64,000 nucleotides of DNA from Desulfobacterales bacterium (GTDB lineage: Bacteria > Desulfobacterota > Desulfobacteria > Desulfobacterales > SpSt-501), in NCBI GenBank assembly GCA_035467535.1, contig DATITS010000053.1, positions 395 through 64,394 of the forward strand. Reading direction: 5' to 3'. A program made the translations under genes and the position numbers. How positions within the stretch are numbered: the stretch's first letter is position 1; every line of letters begins with the position of its first letter. The notes under the pieces were generated by a model. That model saw only the letters and a list, made by a program, of their open reading frames with translations. It did not search any database and was not told the origin of the DNA. Of this stretch, positions 11,602-20,531 are shown piece after piece.

Positions 11602-11695
11602 GTGAGCCGGTCGATTGCGGAGGGATGTCTGCGATACGGGGTCAGGCTATCAGATCCGTCGGCCGTATGTCAAATCACCACCGCCGAAGACCGCT

Positions 11696-11750
11696 TTCGC
11701 AGATATTGCGTAATATTTTTATTGACACACAACATATGGTATGCGATAGT
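11696..11750 (+). promoter_or_regulatory. putative nrdJ promoter (TTGACA 11722-11727, 17-nt spacer, GATAGT 11745-11750) with two NrdR-box-like sites (11696-11711 and 11727-11742)
   Basis: ACACAACATATGGTAT matches the published NrdR box consensus acaCwAtATaTwGtgt at about 13 of 16 positions and lies in the promoter spacer. A weaker half-conserved box (ttcgcAgATATTGcGT) sits 31 bp upstream. Confidence 0.45.
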
Positions 11751-11862
11751 CTAAGCCTGCCGCAGCGAAAGCTACGTCTTCCGTTCATCACCATCCGGTG
11801 AACCAGGAGATTCCTTTACAAGACAACCACCGGCGTTCATGCGCTCACAGGGGGCTGCTTCC

Positions 11863-14352
11863 ATGCGAGAGAAGGAAAAAATAGTGGTAACGAGTGAGGG
11901 GCGTTTGGATCTGGACTCCTTCACGTGGGACGAACAGGTGTTCACCGACATCCTGATTCGGGACAACCCCATCAACAGCGACCAGGCGCTGGGGATCAGC
12001 CGCTTTCTGCGGGATGAGATTTCCAAGATGGAGCCCCAGACCATCACCCTCTCCCTCATCGAAAAGATGATCGAGGACAAGCTCATGGAGTACGGGCTGA
12101 CCAAACCGACGCGGGTGCGGTTGGACAAATCCATCTTCGTCAAGAAGGGGTTGGCCCTTTCCGAAAACGCCGTCACCGTGCTGAAAAGGCGCTACCTCCG
12201 CAAGGACAACCAAGGCAAAGTGATCGAAACCCCGGAAAAGATGTTCCGGCGGGTCGCCCAGCACATCGCCAAGGCCGAGAAAAACTACGGGGCCGATGAC
12301 GAGCGCGTCAAGGCCGTCGAGGAGACCTTCTACGACCTGATGACCCAGGTCGCCTTCCTGCCCAACTCGCCGACGCTGATGAATGCCGGCCGGCGCCTGG
12401 GGCAGCTTGCGGCCTGCTTCGTGCTGCCGGTCGAAGACAGCATGGAGGGCATCTTCGGCGCCCTGCGCAATGCGGCCATGATCCACAAGTCCGGCGGCGG
12501 CACCGGCTTCTCCTTTTCCCGTCTGCGCCCCAAGGACAGCAACGTGGGCACCACCGGCGGCGTGGCCTCGGGCCCGGTCTCGTTCATGAAGATCTTCAAT
12601 ACCGCCACCGAACAGGTCAAGCAAGGAGGCACCCGCCGGGGCGCTAATATGGCCATCCTGCGAGTGGACCATCCGGACGTCATGGAGTTCATTCACAGCA
12701 AGAGCAACGACCGGGAACTCAACAACTTCAACATCTCGGTCGGCGTGACCGACGCCTTCATGGAGGCCGTCGCCGCACAGCAGGAATACGACCTGCTCGA
12801 CCCCCGGGACAGGCAGCCCGCCGGCCGGCTGAACGCCGCCGCGGTCTACGAGGCCCTGGTCACCCAGGCGTGGAAGACGGGGGACCCCGGGATCATCTTC
12901 CTCGACCGCATGAACGCCGACAACCCCACCCCGGCCATCGGCGAGATCGAGTCCACGAACCCGTGCGGCGAACAGCCGCTGCTGCCGATGGAAGCCTGCA
13001 ACCTGGGATCGGTCAACCTGGCGAAGTTCGTCGTCGAATCCGCCAGCGGGCCGGCGGTCGACTACCCCAGGCTCAAGGAGGCCATCGGCTGGTCCGTGCG
13101 CTTCCTGGACAACACCATCGACATGTCCCGCTATCCCCTGCCCGAGATCACCGACATGGTGCGGGGCAACCGCAAGATCGGGCTCGGGGTCATGGGGTTT
13201 GCCGACATGCTCTTCCAGTTGGGCATCCCCTACAACTCCGAGGAGGCGCTGCAGGCGGCCGAGGAGGTGATGCACTTCATCCAGGAGGCCTGCCACGAGA
13301 CCTCCGAGTCGCTGGCGCAGGAGCGGGGGGTGTTTACGAACTGGGAACAGAGCGTTTTCAAGGAAAAGGGCCAGCAGCGCCGCAACGCGACCACCACCAC
13401 CATCGCCCCCACCGGCACCTTGAGCATCATCGCCGGCTGCTCGAGCGGGATCGAGCCTCTGTTTGCCCTGAGCTTCGTGCGCACGGTCATGGACAACGAC
13501 AAGCTCATGGAGGTCAACCCCGTGTTCGAAAAGGCGGCGCGGGAAAGAGGCTTCTACCGCCCGGAGCTCATGGACCAGGTGGCCCGCAAAGGCAGCATCC
13601 ATGAGATCGAGGAGATCCCCGAAGAGGTCCGCCGGGTGTTCGTGACCGCCCACGACGTCTCCTCCGAGTGGCACATCCGCATGCAGGCCGCTTTTCAGAA
13701 GCACACCGACAACGCCGTGTCCAAGACGGTGAACCTGCCCCGGGATGCGACCGTGGAGGACGTGCGCAAGGTCTACGACCTCGCCTACCAGCTGCGCTGC
13801 AAGGGGGTCACGATCTACCGCGACGGCAGCAAGGAAAACCAGGTCCTCTCCTTCGGCCAGAAGAAAGAGGAGGCGGAGCGGCTCATGGGGGCCGTTCTGG
13901 ATCGGCCTGAGACCTTGTTTGGATTCACCACCAAGACCAAGACCGGGTACGGCCACCTGTATGTCACCGTGACTGAATTTGAGGGCCGGCCCTTCGAGGT
14001 GTTCGCCACCATCGGCAAATCCGGGCGTTCCACCACCGCCAAGACCGAGGCCATCGGACGGCTCGTGTCGCTCGCGCTCAGGGCCGGGGTGACGGTGGAC
14101 AAGATCGTGGAGCAGCTCAAGGGCATCGGCGGGGAGCACCCCATCTTCCAGGACGGGGGGCTGGTTCTATCGATACCGGACGCCATCGCCCGGGTGCTCG
14201 AGAAACGCTACATGACCGGCGACAATGCGCCCATGTTCCGCAAGACCGAATACAGCCTGCTCGGGGAAAAATGCCCGGAGTGCGGGCAGGTCGTGAGCTT
14301 CGAGGAGGGGTGCATGATCTGCCACTTCTGTGGCTTCAACAAATGCGGATGA
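11863..14352 (+). CDS. nrdJ: adenosylcobalamin-dependent (class II) ribonucleotide reductase
   Basis: Class II RNR catalytic core (NPCGEQPLLPMEACNLGS, TIAPTGT) and a C-terminal Cys-rich tail (CPECGQVVSFEEGCMICHFCG). The ATG at 11863 is preceded by AGGGGG. The tracked start at 11839 is the alternative. Confidence 0.9.
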   Translation: MREKEKIVVTSEGRLDLDSFTWDEQVFTDILIRDNPINSDQALGISRFLRDEISKMEPQTITLSLIEKMIEDKLMEYGLTKPTRVRLDKSIFVKKGLALSENAVTVLKRRYLRKDNQGKVIETPEKMFRRVAQHIAKAEKNYGADDERVKAVEETFYDLMTQVAFLPNSPTLMNAGRRLGQLAACFVLPVEDSMEGIFGALRNAAMIHKSGGGTGFSFSRLRPKDSNVGTTGGVASGPVSFMKIFNTATEQVKQGGTRRGANMAILRVDHPDVMEFIHSKSNDRELNNFNISVGVTDAFMEAVAAQQEYDLLDPRDRQPAGRLNAAAVYEALVTQAWKTGDPGIIFLDRMNADNPTPAIGEIESTNPCGEQPLLPMEACNLGSVNLAKFVVESASGPAVDYPRLKEAIGWSVRFLDNTIDMSRYPLPEITDMVRGNRKIGLGVMGFADMLFQLGIPYNSEEALQAAEEVMHFIQEACHETSESLAQERGVFTNWEQSVFKEKGQQRRNATTTTIAPTGTLSIIAGCSSGIEPLFALSFVRTVMDNDKLMEVNPVFEKAARERGFYRPELMDQVARKGSIHEIEEIPEEVRRVFVTAHDVSSEWHIRMQAAFQKHTDNAVSKTVNLPRDATVEDVRKVYDLAYQLRCKGVTIYRDGSKENQVLSFGQKKEEAERLMGAVLDRPETLFGFTTKTKTGYGHLYVTVTEFEGRPFEVFATIGKSGRSTTAKTEAIGRLVSLALRAGVTVDKIVEQLKGIGGEHPIFQDGGLVLSIPDAIARVLEKRYMTGDNAPMFRKTEYSLLGEKCPECGQVVSFEEGCMICHFCGFNKCG

Positions 14353-14473
14353 CGGCTTCGCTGAAAGCCCGATTTCGGCGTTGCGCAGCTGCCGTGGTTG
14401 CTGCGGCGTACAAGAGTACGCCTCGCAACACGGCATCTGCGCGCCTTGAACTCGGGCTTTGATCGAAGCCGTC
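14351..14473. repeat. long palindromic intergenic element, family B copy 2
   Basis: gacggcttcgctgaaagcccgatttcggcg...ggcgtacaagagtacgcc...gggctttgatcgaagccgtc. The arms are complementary over roughly 55 bp. It starts at the nrdJ stop codon. Confidence 0.8.
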
Positions 14474-14521
14474 TTCACTATTGTGCGGGACGGCTTCCCC
14501 TAAGACACGATCCAGGGTCTT

Positions 14522-14652
14522 GAAGCCGCTTCTTATTTGCTGAAAGCCCGATTTCGGCGTTGCGCAGCTGCCGTGGTTGCTGCGGCGTACAAGAGTACGC
14601 CTCGCAACACGGCATCTGCGCGCCTTGAAATCGGGCTTCGATCGAAGCCGTC
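14522..14652. repeat. long palindromic intergenic element, family B copy 3 (tandem with copy 2)
   Basis: Nearly identical to copy 2 from gctgaaagccc to cgaagccgtc. It ends at the zur stop codon. Confidence 0.8.
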
Positions 14653-15085
14653 ACGCCCTCTTCAAGCAGTTCTTGCAGATCCCGTCCACCCGGACTTCCA
14701 CGCCCTGAATCTCGCCGGCAAAGGAGCGCTCGATGCCTTGCAGGTCCACTTTCAGGCTGTCCGGCTGCAGGCATTGCAACGCCCCGCAACTGCGGCAGTG
14801 AAAATGAGGGTGGGCCGGGTGGTGTTCGTTGGGCGCCAGGCCGTAGACCAGGCTTCGCCCGCCGCCGCTCAGCCGCTCCACCAGGCCCTTTGCGACCAGC
14901 ATATCAAGGATGCGGTAGACCGTGACGCGGTGGATGGCGGCCGTCCGGCTCACCGTCGCGAAGATGTCCTGGGCGCTCACGGGCGATGAGGTGTTCCCGA
15001 TCACTTCCAGCACCCGCATGCGGCTGGGCGTGGGATCGAGGCCGCCTACGTCAAGCAGCTCGGAATAATTGCAGCTCTGGCACAT
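14651..15085 (-). CDS. zur: Fur-family metalloregulator, probably zinc uptake regulator Zur
   Basis: Winged-helix RMRVLEVIG...VTVYRILDMLV and Cys pairs HCRSCG...CKNC. It is the last gene of the znu operon. The ATG at 15085 is preceded by AGGAAGAG. The tracked GTG at 15112 is the alternative. Confidence 0.8.
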   Translation of the reverse strand: MCQSCNYSELLDVGGLDPTPSRMRVLEVIGNTSSPVSAQDIFATVSRTAAIHRVTVYRILDMLVAKGLVERLSGGGRSLVYGLAPNEHHPAHPHFHCRSCGALQCLQPDSLKVDLQGIERSFAGEIQGVEVRVDGICKNCLKRA

Positions 15086-15098
15086 GGCGTCTCTTCCT

Positions 15099-15944
15099 TC
15101 AGGCCGGCTCACCCGCCGAGACCGATGCGTCTCCCGGATGCCGGGGTTTGAATCGGCCCCACAGGGCGGCGGCGAAGAACCCCACGGCCGCCACGAGGAT
15201 GATCGTTGCCCCGGAGGTCAGGTTTAAAAGGTAGGAAAGCCAGAGACCGCTCACGGTGAAAAAACAGCTGAGCAGGGATGCCACCACCATCATTGCGCGC
15301 AGCGAGCCGGTGAACTTTTCCGCGATGAACGGCGGGATCGTCAGCAGCGCGATCACCAGGATCAGCCCCACCACGCGGATGATCATGACCACCGTCAGGG
15401 CGGTCATCACCAGCAGAAGGCAGTAAAGGAACGTGACCGGGACCCTTCGCAGGCGGGCGAACTCGTCGTCATAGGACATCGCCAGGAAATCGTTGTAGTA
15501 AAAAGAGACGGTGACGACGACCCCCACCGCGATGGCCCCCATCTGCCACAGGTCCGAGGCCGGCACCGCCAGGATGCTGCCGAACAGGTAGCTCATGAGG
15601 TCCGCGTTGTACCCCGGGGTGAGGTCGAGCAGGATCACGCCGATCGCCATCCCCACCGCCCAGATCACCCCCACCACGGCATCCGCCCGGTGCCGGGCCC
15701 TCAAGGTGACGGCGGCCATGATGCCGGCGGAGACGACCGAGACCCCCAACGTCCCGGCCACGTAAGGCCATCCCATAAAAAAGGCCAATCCGATCCCGCC
15801 ATAGGCGGCGTGGGCAATCCCGCCCGCGAGAAACACGATCCGGTTCACCACCACCAGGCTCCCGATCACGCCGCACACCAGACTGACCAGGATGCCTGCC
15901 GCCAAGGCGTTGCGGATGAACTCCAGCTGCAGTGCCTCAATCAT
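15099..15944 (-). CDS. znuB: metal (zinc) ABC transporter permease
   Basis: ABC-3 family multi-TM protein (MIEALQLEFIRNALAAGILVS...). Its start overlaps the znuC stop by 8 nt. Confidence 0.85.
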   Translation of the reverse strand: MIEALQLEFIRNALAAGILVSLVCGVIGSLVVVNRIVFLAGGIAHAAYGGIGLAFFMGWPYVAGTLGVSVVSAGIMAAVTLRARHRADAVVGVIWAVGMAIGVILLDLTPGYNADLMSYLFGSILAVPASDLWQMGAIAVGVVVTVSFYYNDFLAMSYDDEFARLRRVPVTFLYCLLLVMTALTVVMIIRVVGLILVIALLTIPPFIAEKFTGSLRAMMVVASLLSCFFTVSGLWLSYLLNLTSGATIILVAAVGFFAAALWGRFKPRHPGDASVSAGEPA

Positions 15945-16707
15945 GTCCCTTGCCCTCATGCAGGCCCAGCACCCGGTGGGGGATCCCGTGCGCCACCAGA
16001 TCCACCGGGCAGGCGTAGGCCGCGTCGAGCATCGGCTGAGTGATTTCACCGGAGTCGTGATAGTGAAGGTTCCGGTTGACGCAGGCCACGGAGGTGGCGT
16101 GGTGCGACAGGGCCATCATGTCGTGGCTGACGGCCACGATGGTGACGGAGCGGTTCAACTCCTGCAATATTTCGTGGAACTCCCCGCGGGTCTGGGCATC
16201 GATGCTGGCCATGGCTTCGTCCAGGAAAAGAATCTCCGGCTTCGAGACCAGCGCCCGCGCGATGAATACCCGCTGCAGCTGCCCGCCGGAAAGCTCGCCG
16301 ATGCGGCGGCGGCGGTGTTCCCAGACCCGCATTTGATCGAGGGCGGCCTGTGCGGCGAGCTGGTCCTCCCGTGTGTGCCGCGACCATCCCCGGCTGCCCC
16401 GCAGCCGGCCCATCAGGACGACGTCCATGACCGACACCGGGAAGCTCTTGTTGATGTGCACGTTCTGCGGCACATAGCCGATGCGGTGCGCCACCTGGTG
16501 CGGGGGCAGGCCGAAGACGCGCACCGTCCCGCGGCCGGGGTGCAGCAGCCCCAGCATCAGCTTGAGCAGCGTGGTTTTCCCGCCGCCGTTGGGGCCGATG
16601 ACGATCAGAAAATCCCCCGGCGCGACCGCCAGGCTCACCCCCTCGAGGACCGGCTGCCCGCCGAAGGCGAACCACACGTCGCGAACATCGATGACCGGCT
16701 TTGTCAT
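15937..16707 (-). CDS. znuC: metal (zinc) ABC transporter ATP-binding protein
   Basis: Walker A GPNGGGKTT, signature LSGGQLQR, Walker B ILFLDE. Start at MTKPVIDV with an AGGAAAG RBS. Confidence 0.88.
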   Translation of the reverse strand: MTKPVIDVRDVWFAFGGQPVLEGVSLAVAPGDFLIVIGPNGGGKTTLLKLMLGLLHPGRGTVRVFGLPPHQVAHRIGYVPQNVHINKSFPVSVMDVVLMGRLRGSRGWSRHTREDQLAAQAALDQMRVWEHRRRRIGELSGGQLQRVFIARALVSKPEILFLDEAMASIDAQTRGEFHEILQELNRSVTIVAVSHDMMALSHHATSVACVNRNLHYHDSGEITQPMLDAAYACPVDLVAHGIPHRVLGLHEGKGHD

Positions 16708-16718
16708 GTGAGCTTTCC

Positions 16719-17606
16719 TCAGCGCGCGGACGCCTTGAATTTCCGGGCGATCTCGCGCAGGTTGCCGGGCCAATCACCGGCGAGGGGGTCGGCGGATACG
16801 ACCTCGCCCCCCAGGGCCTTGGCGATGGCTGCGGCGGTCTTGGTGGAATGCTGCGGCTGGACGAAGATCGTCCGGATGCCTTTCTGCCTCGCCTGAGCGA
16901 TCACCGCCTGGAGCTCAGCCGGCTTGGGCTCCTTGCCTTCGGCCTCGATGGCCACCTGCTTCAGGCCATAGGCCTGTGCGAAGTAGCCCCAGGCGGGATG
17001 GAACACCAGAAATTGGCTGCCGGACTTTTCCACCAGCAGGCCCTTGAGTTCCGCGTCGAGTTCGTCGAGCTCCTGCACGAACCGATGGTAGTTTTCCGCG
17101 TAGCGGGCGGTCCCGGCCGGGTCTATACGGACAAGCCCATCCCGGATGGCGGCGGCCTGGATCTTGACCGGGCCGGGCGCCAGCCACACATGGGGGTCCG
17201 CTTCACCGTGGGGGGCCTGCCCGGCTTGGCCTGTCTCGTGGGAATGCCGGTCTTCCATGCGGATCTTCGCAATCTTCGCGTCGGTCTGAACGACCACCAT
17301 GGCCGGGTTGGTGGCCCGCATTTTTTTCATCCACACCTTTTCGAAGGGAACGCCCATGGCGAAATAGACCTGCGCCCTTGCGAGCTCGGACATCTGTCGG
17401 GGCTTGGGCTCGTAATACTCCGGGTTGGAACCGGGCGGCACCATCACGGAGACGGCCACGGACTCACCGCCGATTTTTTCGACAAAATACTTCTGGGGCA
17501 GAATGCTGACGACAACCGGCAGCGGCGGCGAATCAACGGCGCGGCCGGATCCGGAGGCCAGGGCGAGCCCGAACAGGACGGCTGCGAACATCAGCCGCGA
17601 TTTCAT
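16719..17606 (-). CDS. znuA: zinc ABC transporter substrate-binding protein with His-rich loop
   Basis: Signal peptide MKSRLMFAAVLFGLALASGSG, a cluster-9 SBP fold and the loop HSHETGQAGQAPHGEADPH that is typical of ZnuA. Confidence 0.85.
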   Translation of the reverse strand: MKSRLMFAAVLFGLALASGSGRAVDSPPLPVVVSILPQKYFVEKIGGESVAVSVMVPPGSNPEYYEPKPRQMSELARAQVYFAMGVPFEKVWMKKMRATNPAMVVVQTDAKIAKIRMEDRHSHETGQAGQAPHGEADPHVWLAPGPVKIQAAAIRDGLVRIDPAGTARYAENYHRFVQELDELDAELKGLLVEKSGSQFLVFHPAWGYFAQAYGLKQVAIEAEGKEPKPAELQAVIAQARQKGIRTIFVQPQHSTKTAAAIAKALGGEVVSADPLAGDWPGNLREIARKFKASAR

Positions 17607-17693
17607 CCGTCCCGATCCGGGTGGGTGCGAAGGCTGTTCACGTTTTATGCAATCCGATTTCATCAGCATATCAAGCAATTTTGTTTTCTTGAG

Positions 17694-17724
17694 GCGACCG
17701 GCAATTGAAATTATTAAGGGTCGC
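17694..17724. promoter_or_regulatory. inverted repeat GCGACC-N19(AT-rich)-GGTCGC upstream of znuA (candidate operator)
   Basis: gcgaccggcaattgaaattattaagggtcgc lies about 90-120 bp upstream of the znuA start. It has not been matched to a defined Zur box. Confidence 0.25.
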
Positions 17725-17759
17725 ATATTTGTATTGACGCGAGCACCCCCTCACCCCGC

Positions 17760-17785
17760 CCTCTCCCCCAGGATTGGGGGAGAGG
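17760..17785. repeat. perfect 10-bp hairpin cctctccccc-aggatt-gggggagagg in the cysS/znuA intergenic region
   Basis: Read directly from the sequence. It is flanked by further C-rich and G-rich runs (caccccctcaccccgcc / ggagaggggg). Confidence 0.5.
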
Positions 17786-17976
17786 ATTAAGGAGAGGGGG
17801 CTGCTCTCAGTCGATACTATTTCGCGACGACTAATAACCCTATGCAACTCTGTTGCACAGGGTAGCACTTGTCAAGACATTTTTCCCGGATGCATGTTCA
17901 GACAGTCACGCGAACTTCGCCGCAGGGACAATGGGGGAGGTTTAAGGCAGAAGCTGAGACGTCTGCAAGGCCGGCC

Positions 17977-19368
17977 TCAGGTCTTGATCAGTTGCATGCC
18001 GTCGCGGGTGTCCTTGACCGTGTACCCCAGCGCCAGGATTTCGTCCCGCAGCCGGTCGGAGCCGGCCCAGTCCTTGGATGCGCGTGCGCGGCCCCTGGCG
18101 TCCACCAGCGCCTGGACTTCCGGCGGAACCTCCTGGGCCTGGTCGACCTGGTCCAGGCTCAAACCCAGCACCCGGTCGAAATCCAGAATGGTGGCATGCT
18201 TTTCGGCGCCGGGCATATCGCTCTTGAGCATCTCCTGGATTGCCGCCATGGCCCGCGGCATGTTCAGATCGTCGTTGATCGCCTCCATGAATTTCTCGCG
18301 GAAGGCGGAATGGGCGCCGCCGGGCGCTGTGCCGCCTTTGGCCACTTCCCGGACCTGGTTGCAGAGATGCTCCAGGCCGTTTTGGGCGGCCTGGATGGAC
18401 TCGTCGGTATACTCCATGGGCTTGCGGTAGTGGGTCTGAAAAGCCGCATAGCGGTAGGCGAGGGGAGGGATGCCGCGCTTGACCAGGGCGTTGTCGAGGG
18501 TGAGAAAATTCTCCTCGCTTTTGGCCATCTTTTTGCCGCCCTGGATGTTCAGGAACGCCCCGTGCATCCAGACGTTGAAGAATTTCTTGCCGGTGGCCGC
18601 CTCGGATTGGGCGATCTCGTTGGTGTGGTGGATGTCGACGTGGTCGATACCGCCGCAGTGGATGTCGAGCTGCTCGCCGAGAAACTGCATGCTCATGGCC
18701 GAGCACTCGATGTGCCACCCTGGGAAGCCGACCCCCCAGGGCGAGTCCCATTCCATCTGGCGCGTGGCGCCGGCCGGTGAAAACTTCCACAAGGCGAAAT
18801 CCGTCGCGTTGCGTTTGGCCGGGTTTTTCTCGACCCGGGCCCCCTCCTGAAGGGCATCGAGGTTCTGGCTCGAGAGCTTGGCGTACCCCGGGAATTTGGC
18901 GGTGTCGAAATAGATGCCGTCGCCGGTCTTATAGGTGAAGCCCTTCTGCTCCAGCACCCGGATGAGGTCGATCTGCTCGGGGATGCTGTCGGTCGCCTTG
19001 CACCAGGTGCTGGGCGCCAGAATGTTCAGCCGCGCGATGTCCTGCTTGAACGCGCGGGTGTAAAACTCGGCGATGTCCCAGGCCGTCCGGCCCTCGCGCA
19101 GGGAGCCCTTCTCCATCTTGTCCTCGCCCATGTCCCGGTCGCCGGTCAGGTGGCCGACGTCGGTGATGTTCATGACGTGGGTCACCGTGTAGCCGTTGAA
19201 GGCGAGCACCCGTTTCAAGACGTCTTCGAAGATGTAGGTGCGCAGGTTGCCGATGTGCGCGAAATTGTAAACCGTCGGACCGCAGGTGTATAAACCGACC
19301 TCGCCGGGCCGGATCGGAACGAATTCCTCTTTCTGCCGCGTCAGGGTGTTGTACAAGTAAAGCTTCAT
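17977..19368 (-). CDS. cysS: cysteine--tRNA ligase
   Basis: [16 protein letters not shown]...[14 protein letters not shown] (HIGH motif) and KMAKSEEN (KMSKS). The ATG at 19368 has a GGAGAGGA RBS. Confidence 0.95.
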   Translation of the reverse strand: MKLYLYNTLTRQKEEFVPIRPGEVGLYTCGPTVYNFAHIGNLRTYIFEDVLKRVLAFNGYTVTHVMNITDVGHLTGDRDMGEDKMEKGSLREGRTAWDIAEFYTRAFKQDIARLNILAPSTWCKATDSIPEQIDLIRVLEQKGFTYKTGDGIYFDTAKFPGYAKLSSQNLDALQEGARVEKNPAKRNATDFALWKFSPAGATRQMEWDSPWGVGFPGWHIECSAMSMQFLGEQLDIHCGGIDHVDIHHTNEIAQSEAATGKKFFNVWMHGAFLNIQGGKKMAKSEENFLTLDNALVKRGIPPLAYRYAAFQTHYRKPMEYTDESIQAAQNGLEHLCNQVREVAKGGTAPGGAHSAFREKFMEAINDDLNMPRAMAAIQEMLKSDMPGAEKHATILDFDRVLGLSLDQVDQAQEVPPEVQALVDARGRARASKDWAGSDRLRDEILALGYTVKDTRDGMQLIKT

Positions 19369-19451
19369 GGGTCCTCTCCGTAGAAAAGTTACCGGCCTGT
19401 GTAGCACACCCTGACGCCGCGCTCAACCAAGGCGCGCGGGAATCGGCGCCC

Positions 19452-19976
19452 CTAATTTACAATTCCACAGCCGATGCGCGCGCCTCCGCCTCCCAGCGGC
19501 TCCGGTTGATCCGAAAAATTATCCCCGCCCGCGTGCACCATGAGGCTGCGGCCTTTGACGTCAGCCATCTTCAGCCGCGGGGCCAGCACCGGCAGCGTGG
19601 CTTTGCCCTGGGCGTCGGCAAAAAGCGGCGGCAGGTCCCCCAAGTGCCCCTCTCCGTAGGGCCCTAAGTGCTTGCCGGTTTTGGCCGGGTCGTAGTGGCC
19701 TCCGGCGCCGAGCGAGGCAACGGGTTTGCCATCCTTGTCCATGGGAGCGCAGCTTGGGTTTTCATGGACATGGAACCCGTGAATTCCGGGGTTGAGCCCG
19801 CTCAGGTTGGGGGTGAAGAGGGTGCCGGAAGGGGTTGCCGTGATCGTAACGGTGCCAAGCACCGCACCGGGGCCGGAAGGTCCTGCAGCGCGGATTTCGA
19901 CCACCGTTGGTTGCGCCGCAGCGTAACCGACAAATGTCATCAGGGCCAAGAGACTCGAGAGCGCAATCTTTTTCAT
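19452..19976 (-). CDS. sodC: periplasmic Cu/Zn superoxide dismutase
   Basis: Signal peptide MKKIALSSLLALMTFVGYAAA. Motifs GFHVHENPSC, GGHYDP, GDLPPL, HAGGDN and GGGGARIGCGIV. Confidence 0.93.
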   Translation of the reverse strand: MKKIALSSLLALMTFVGYAAAQPTVVEIRAAGPSGPGAVLGTVTITATPSGTLFTPNLSGLNPGIHGFHVHENPSCAPMDKDGKPVASLGAGGHYDPAKTGKHLGPYGEGHLGDLPPLFADAQGKATLPVLAPRLKMADVKGRSLMVHAGGDNFSDQPEPLGGGGARIGCGIVN

Positions 19977-20140
19977 GGAGTGGTTCCTTTCATTTAAGTA
20001 CGACGTTGGGCGACCCACAGCCGGACGAGCCCTTCGAACGCAGCAGTTCATGCAGCAGGGAAGGGCCCGCTACGCCGGCGGACGGAACCAGGGAATTGCA
20101 TGGAGCGCACATGCATGCCGACCGGTCGCTTGTGGCGCAA

Positions 20141-20342
20141 CAGGGTGTTGAAAAACAAGCATCGGGCCGTCAGCCAAGGCAGATATATGCTTGATGCAAG
20201 AGGCTTGAGGCTCGAAGCTAAAAATATTCAGCCGCCGTCAGCCAGGCTTCCAGCTTCGAGCTTCCAGCCGATTGCATGTGAGCATTTACAATAGCCGCAC
20301 AACGCCGGATCACGGCGTGAGGCGCAGTTTTTCAACACCCTG
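20141..20342. mobile_element. MITE-like non-coding element, family A copy 1 (about 200 bp, 16-bp terminal inverted repeats CAGGGTGTTGAAAAAC / GTTTTTCAACACCCTG)
   Basis: The termini are perfect inverted repeats. The interior matches copies at 39873-40067 and 48983-49177, which are in the opposite orientation. There is no credible ORF. Confidence 0.8.
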
Positions 20343-20488
20343 TAAAGAATAATACACAAATCCGGCCTGCAAAGACGGAGGGCGTGATAGCGGTGCGGAG
20401 CATGCCGGCTCAGGTCGGGCCGTTGCGCAGAGCCGCCACAAGCCGCCGGCATAGCCAGGGGCGGGCTGTGTCCAGCGGAGGGTGTGGA

Positions 20489-20529
20489 GTCTACCGGCAA
20501 CGGTGCCGACGGCGCCGTTGCCGGTAGAC
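20489..20529 (-). terminator. 15-bp perfect hairpin immediately downstream of the phasin gene
   Basis: gtctaccggcaacgg-N11-ccgttgccggtagac lies 3 nt after the stop codon at 20532. No U-tract follows. Confidence 0.5.
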
Positions 20530-20531
20530 TG

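Noticed and set aside
11751-11862. Possible cobalamin riboswitch in the nrdJ leader, since B12-dependent RNRs sometimes carry one.
   Set aside because: I could not find a B12 box (AGYCMGgAgaCCkGCc-like) or the conserved GGUG...CC / GCCACUG elements. The leader is also short. It would need an Infernal scan to exclude completely.
11845-14139. 764-aa ORF antisense to nrdJ. Similar long antisense or out-of-frame ORFs occur at 6002-6919, 26305-27789, 33016-34335, 43615-44985, 52228-53931 and 54581-56764.
   Set aside because: These products are Arg/Gly/Pro/Ala/His-rich with no motifs. Each lies exactly opposite or overlapping a gene with strong family signatures. They are the typical shadow ORFs of high-GC DNA.
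14351-14652. The tandem repeats after nrdJ could be mistaken for a mini CRISPR array.
   Set aside because: There are only two copies. Each is ~125 bp and a near-perfect palindrome, and a third copy lies elsewhere in inverted orientation. There is no short repeat/spacer periodicity and no cas genes.
17727-17976. Small ORFs (17671-17868 and 17774-18430) and a possible sRNA around the cctctccccc/gggggagagg hairpin.
   Set aside because: The ORFs are low-complexity (PLSPRIGGE-type translation of a C/G-run hairpin) and overlap the cysS 3' end. The hairpin is recorded only as a structural repeat.
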